Assembly (NCBI GenBank): GCA_964013405.1
Contig: CAXGWI010000106.1
Location: 1-12,489, forward strand
Source of the DNA: an uncultured Myxococcales bacterium
GTDB lineage: Bacteria; Myxococcota; UBA4151
Direction of reading: 5' to 3'
Length of the DNA stretch: 12,489 nt
Shown here piece by piece: positions 9,395-12,489 of this stretch. Position 1 is the stretch's first letter, and each line of letters starts with the position of its first letter. The position numbers and the translations under genes were made by a program. The notes beneath the pieces were generated by a model. It worked only from the letters and a program-made list of their open reading frames with translations. It was not told the DNA's origin and did no database searches.

Positions 9395-10685
9395 CAACCG
9401 CCTCGCGGTTGTCGGACTGGTGGTCCTGGCCTGCGCCACGGCTGCTATTTTGATCTGGAAGCCGGATCCTGGGGCGAAGCAGAGGGCGGCTCTTGCTGAC
9501 GGTCGGCTCAAGAAGATTTTGAGTCTTAGCCCGGTGCCATCACCGCCGCCGGATCCCAGCAACCAATTTGCGGACGACCCTCGGGCCATCGCCTTGGGTC
9601 ACCGACTCTTTTTCGATCCAAAGCTCTCCAGCAATGGAGAAGTCAGCTGCGCGACGTGTCATCAGCCCCAGCATGCGCTCACAAGCCCTACGCCTTTGTC
9701 GAAAGGGATCAAGGAGACTCAGCGAAACGCTCCTGGGCTCCTGGGTGTCGGCCATCAACGCTGGTTCTACTGGGATGGTCGCAAGGACTCGCTATGGGCC
9801 CAATGCATGGAGCCGCTTGAGCATCCAGCAGAGCATGGCTCGGCCCGAACGGCTTTGGTGCAAGTGCTCGGGACGCACTATCGTGAGGATTATGAAGCCC
9901 TCTTTGGCCCCCTGCCGAGGGATGAGCTTCTCAAGAATCTAGAGCCCCATGCCCGGCCGGATCCGGATGCACCCCAGTCAAAACATCACTTGGCCTGGCA
10001 AGCTCTTGATGCTCCGTTGCAGGAGGACCTGACACGGGGGCTTGTGAACCTGTGTAAGGCTGTAGCTGCCTACCAGCGCCGACTCCAGCCCATGGCTGCA
10101 CCCTTCGATCACTACGTCAACGCACTTCGGGCCGGTGATCGAACTGGAGGCGGGCATCTGAGCAGTCGGGCCAAGCGAGGCCTTGAACTCTTTGTTGGTC
10201 GAGCCAAATGCATTCTCTGCCACAGCGGGCCCTTGCTCAGTGATCGCAGCTTCCACAACTTGGGCCTGCCATCGCAACTCGCGTTGTCTCGGTGCCAGAC
10301 GCACAACTGCGTTCCGGACCAAGGGCGTGAACTGGGTGCAAAGGAACTGCTCGAAGATGAGTTTAACTGTCGTGGCTCGTTCAGTGATGCCAAGGAGTGT
10401 AAAGAACTCGGTTTTCTCAATGCCAGCTTTGAGGATTTTAAGGGGGCATTCAAAACACCCAGTCTCCGCAATATTCGGCAGACCGCCCCTTACATGCACA
10501 CAGGGGAGTTCGCTGATCTCGAATCGGTCATGGATTTTTACAATACACTTCCAGGTGACGTTGATTATGGGCACCGAGAACTGTTTCTTCGTCCCCTCAA
10601 GCTGCGCCAGGCCGATCTGAGTGCTTTGATCGCCTTCATGGACGCACTTTCTGGGCCGGAAAATCCCTTGGCTCAGGCGCCATGA
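9351..10685 (+). CDS. Di-heme cytochrome c peroxidase superfamily protein (MauG/MbnH-like), N-terminally membrane-anchored
   Basis: LGHRLFFDPKLS, SCATCH (CATCH 9648-9662), RNAP, FYWDGR, GLELFVGRAKCILCHSGP (CILCH 10209-10223) and FKTPSLRN..TAPYMHTG..VMDFYN. Confidence 0.92.
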   Translation: MTEQPGDTTSTRTSSNRLAVVGLVVLACATAAILIWKPDPGAKQRAALADGRLKKILSLSPVPSPPPDPSNQFADDPRAIALGHRLFFDPKLSSNGEVSCATCHQPQHALTSPTPLSKGIKETQRNAPGLLGVGHQRWFYWDGRKDSLWAQCMEPLEHPAEHGSARTALVQVLGTHYREDYEALFGPLPRDELLKNLEPHARPDPDAPQSKHHLAWQALDAPLQEDLTRGLVNLCKAVAAYQRRLQPMAAPFDHYVNALRAGDRTGGGHLSSRAKRGLELFVGRAKCILCHSGPLLSDRSFHNLGLPSQLALSRCQTHNCVPDQGRELGAKELLEDEFNCRGSFSDAKECKELGFLNASFEDFKGAFKTPSLRNIRQTAPYMHTGEFADLESVMDFYNTLPGDVDYGHRELFLRPLKLRQADLSALIAFMDALSGPENPLAQAP

Positions 10686-11449
10686 GTCGGTTCCGCCCGC
10701 CGTGGATGCTTACACTCGGCGTCCTCGCTGTCGCACCGGCGCTCGCCTACTTGGGGTTTTGGCAATTGGGTCGGAATGCCGAAATGCAGGCCCACAAGTC
10801 GATGCTGGACGAGCGCCTCGCTCAAGACGAGATCATGATGGATGGTCTCGGTGGGCGCAATTGGCCTGAGCCTTGGCGTCGAATGAGCCTTAAGGGCTCT
10901 TTCACTGGTGGTCAGGTCTGGGTGATCAATCGCTACGTCGGCGGGGCCCTTGGGCATGATCTGGTGGCGGGGTTTCAACTGGAAAAGGGAGGGGTACTCT
11001 TGATTGACCGGGGTTGGGTTCCAGAGGGACCGATACCGGATCATATCGAGAGCCCAGAAAAGCAGCCCGAATGGCATCCTCCCCCCGGGCAGTGGGAACT
11101 CAAGGGACTGCTCCGAAAGTGGCAGCCCGACGTGGACGCCAAGGTGGCACCGGGGCGTTTTCGCAGCTTGGACGGCGGCCGGATCGCACAGGAACTGGGA
11201 CTACCGGTGGCACCCTACTATCTCGACCAAGGGGAGCTGATGGCCGATGGCGTGGAGGCGACTGGCTTTCCCCGCCGTGGTTTCCAACCTTTTCGGATCA
11301 GGTCCCCCCATTTGAGTTACGCAGTTCAGTGGTTCGGTTTGTGTCTGACCCTACTGGCCCTCTACGGGATTGTTGGCTTCCGGCGTGGTGGCAAGGCCTC
11401 GGGAGGCCCTGCACAGGGCGGTCAGAATTCGCCGCTCGACGAGCGCTAA
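10682..11449 (+). CDS. surf1: SURF1/Shy1-family cytochrome oxidase biogenesis protein
   Basis: N-terminal TM with LGFWQLGR, central IDRGWVP, and C-terminal HLSYAVQWF plus TM; ATGA overlap with the upstream gene. Confidence 0.93.
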   Translation: MSRFRPPWMLTLGVLAVAPALAYLGFWQLGRNAEMQAHKSMLDERLAQDEIMMDGLGGRNWPEPWRRMSLKGSFTGGQVWVINRYVGGALGHDLVAGFQLEKGGVLLIDRGWVPEGPIPDHIESPEKQPEWHPPPGQWELKGLLRKWQPDVDAKVAPGRFRSLDGGRIAQELGLPVAPYYLDQGELMADGVEATGFPRRGFQPFRIRSPHLSYAVQWFGLCLTLLALYGIVGFRRGGKASGGPAQGGQNSPLDER

Positions 11450-11994
11450 TAGGCGACGATGGCGTCCTGTTCATCACGAACGACGACGAGGAAGGGCTGA
11501 GCGTCCACACAGCGGTGGTTACAAACCGAGTGGTGCACAGCCATGCCCTCTCCAATCGGTGGGCCTGCGGGACGAAAGAGGAGTTCAGCCTTCGCCCCGG
11601 CATTGAGTCGCTTGCGTAGACCTAAACTCGGGACGAAGAATTCGCCTTGGGTCTGCGCATGTAGTTGCAGACGCACGGGCTGGCCTGCGATGAGGTGCAG
11701 GTCTTCGCCTTCCGTTTGGCTCCCCGAACGAAAGGTCCACTTGCCCTCATTCAACTGGGCCTGGACCGCCCGCTCCGGCAGGTGAGGGGGCGCTAGGACC
11801 TGGGCCGATCGCCAGGCCATGAGGCTGCCGATAACGCTGAATCCGAGGATCCAGAGCACCATGACGGTGAGCCGGAGGCGGGATCGCCCGCTGTCCTCGT
11901 CATGCCAAGCCTTCAACAGCGCGGCCGACGCTGTCCCCGCCGCGATGAGCACCGCTAGGCCACAAGTGAGTGTGAAGATCTGCCAGAGGCTCAC
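11446..11994 (-). CDS. Degenerate cytochrome c oxidase subunit II-like membrane cupredoxin
   Basis: Two TM helices, then KWTF, DLHLIAGQPVRLQL, FFVPSLGLRK, ELLFRP and CNHRC, which follows the COX2 strand pattern without the DVxH His or the terminal H/M ligands. GTG start 3 bp after the FKBP stop. Confidence 0.65.
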   Translation of the reverse strand: MSLWQIFTLTCGLAVLIAAGTASAALLKAWHDEDSGRSRLRLTVMVLWILGFSVIGSLMAWRSAQVLAPPHLPERAVQAQLNEGKWTFRSGSQTEGEDLHLIAGQPVRLQLHAQTQGEFFVPSLGLRKRLNAGAKAELLFRPAGPPIGEGMAVHHSVCNHRCVDAQPFLVVVRDEQDAIVAY

Positions 11995-11997
11995 GCC

Positions 11998-12489
11998 TTA
12001 TCGCAACTCGACGAGTTCGACCTCGAAGTGAAGGGTCGCGTTGGGGGGAATGACACCACCGGCTCCCCGGGAGCCGTAGGCCAACTCGGGCGGGATGATC
12101 AATTGGCGACGTTCACCGGCCCGCATATCGAGGAGGGCTTCGTCCCAGCCTTTGATGACCTGGCCGATACCGACCTTAAAGACCAAGGGCTGGCCTCGCT
12201 TGACCGAGCTGTCGAACACACGGCCATCGGGGAACGTGCCGGTGTAATGGGCAGCGATCGTTTGCCCTTGAGTCGGCTTGGGGCCTGAGCCCTCTTGTAA
12301 CACTTGCCATTGTAAACCAGTGGGGGAGGTCATTAGTTTTTCTCCATGTTTGGGGTTAAGCGGCGCCGATTGAGGCGCATTCTTTGGAGCCTGCTGAGGC
12401 ACAGTATTTGCCGATTTGGCAATTCCAACACCTTGGTTTTGTGCGCAACCCAGCACGAGGCAGCCAGTTGCGATGATCAGGGACCATTT
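11998..12489 (-). CDS. FKBP-type peptidyl-prolyl cis-trans isomerase, probable lipoprotein; start lies just beyond the window edge
   Basis: HYTGTFPDGRVFDSS, GQVIKGWDEAL, IPPELAYG and IPPNATLHFEVEL. The frame stays open to 12489 and reads KWSLIIATGCLVLGC, a signal peptide with a lipobox-like Cys. Confidence 0.93.
   Translation of the reverse strand, partial: KWSLIIATGCLVLGCAQNQGVGIAKSANTVPQQAPKNAPQSAPLNPKHGEKLMTSPTGLQWQVLQEGSGPKPTQGQTIAAHYTGTFPDGRVFDSSVKRGQPLVFKVGIGQVIKGWDEALLDMRAGERRQLIIPPELAYGSRGAGGVIPPNATLHFEVELVELR

Noticed and set aside
9402..9460. Possible lipobox VLAC in the di-heme protein
   Set aside because: Hydrophobic residues continue after the Cys (ATAAILIW), which fits an uncleaved TM anchor better.
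3640..11449. Absence of ctaA/ctaB heme A/O synthase genes as evidence for an unusual heme type
   Set aside because: These genes are often elsewhere in the genome; this cannot be judged from one window.
11440..11455. Terminator between surf1 and the convergent cupredoxin gene
   Set aside because: The stop codons overlap (11446-11449) and no hairpin with a U-tract is visible.
8660..11619. Other overlapping ORFs of about 200 aa (8660-9310 -, 9978-10574 -, 11014-11619 +)
   Set aside because: They overlap well-supported genes and show no motifs.

Overview
GC-rich bacterial window. The gene content and a short Cys-rich module suggest a Myxococcota/deltaproteobacteria-like host, but that is inference only. 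Left side: a housekeeping run on the + strand (C-terminus of an RlmD/TrmA-family m5U methyltransferase missed by the ORF track, then mutL and miaA), followed by a convergent, overlapping membrane-protein gene whose soluble part resembles a degenerate GspG/pseudopilin head. Centre: a tightly coupled 7-gene + strand operon (3640-11449) for an A1-type, caa3-like cytochrome c oxidase with unusual additions. Subunit II is a lipoprotein with CuA and heme c. Subunit IV is fused through a Cys-rich module to a second cytochrome c. The caa3-type CtaG is fused through an internal lipobox to a YtkA/CtaK-like His/Met domain. A MauG/MbnH-type di-heme enzyme sits between that fusion and SURF1. Right side: a convergent minus-strand pair, an FKBP lipoprotein PPIase (start off the edge) and a degenerate COX2-like cupredoxin that has lost most CuA ligands. 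All calls come from motif recognition; no searches were run.
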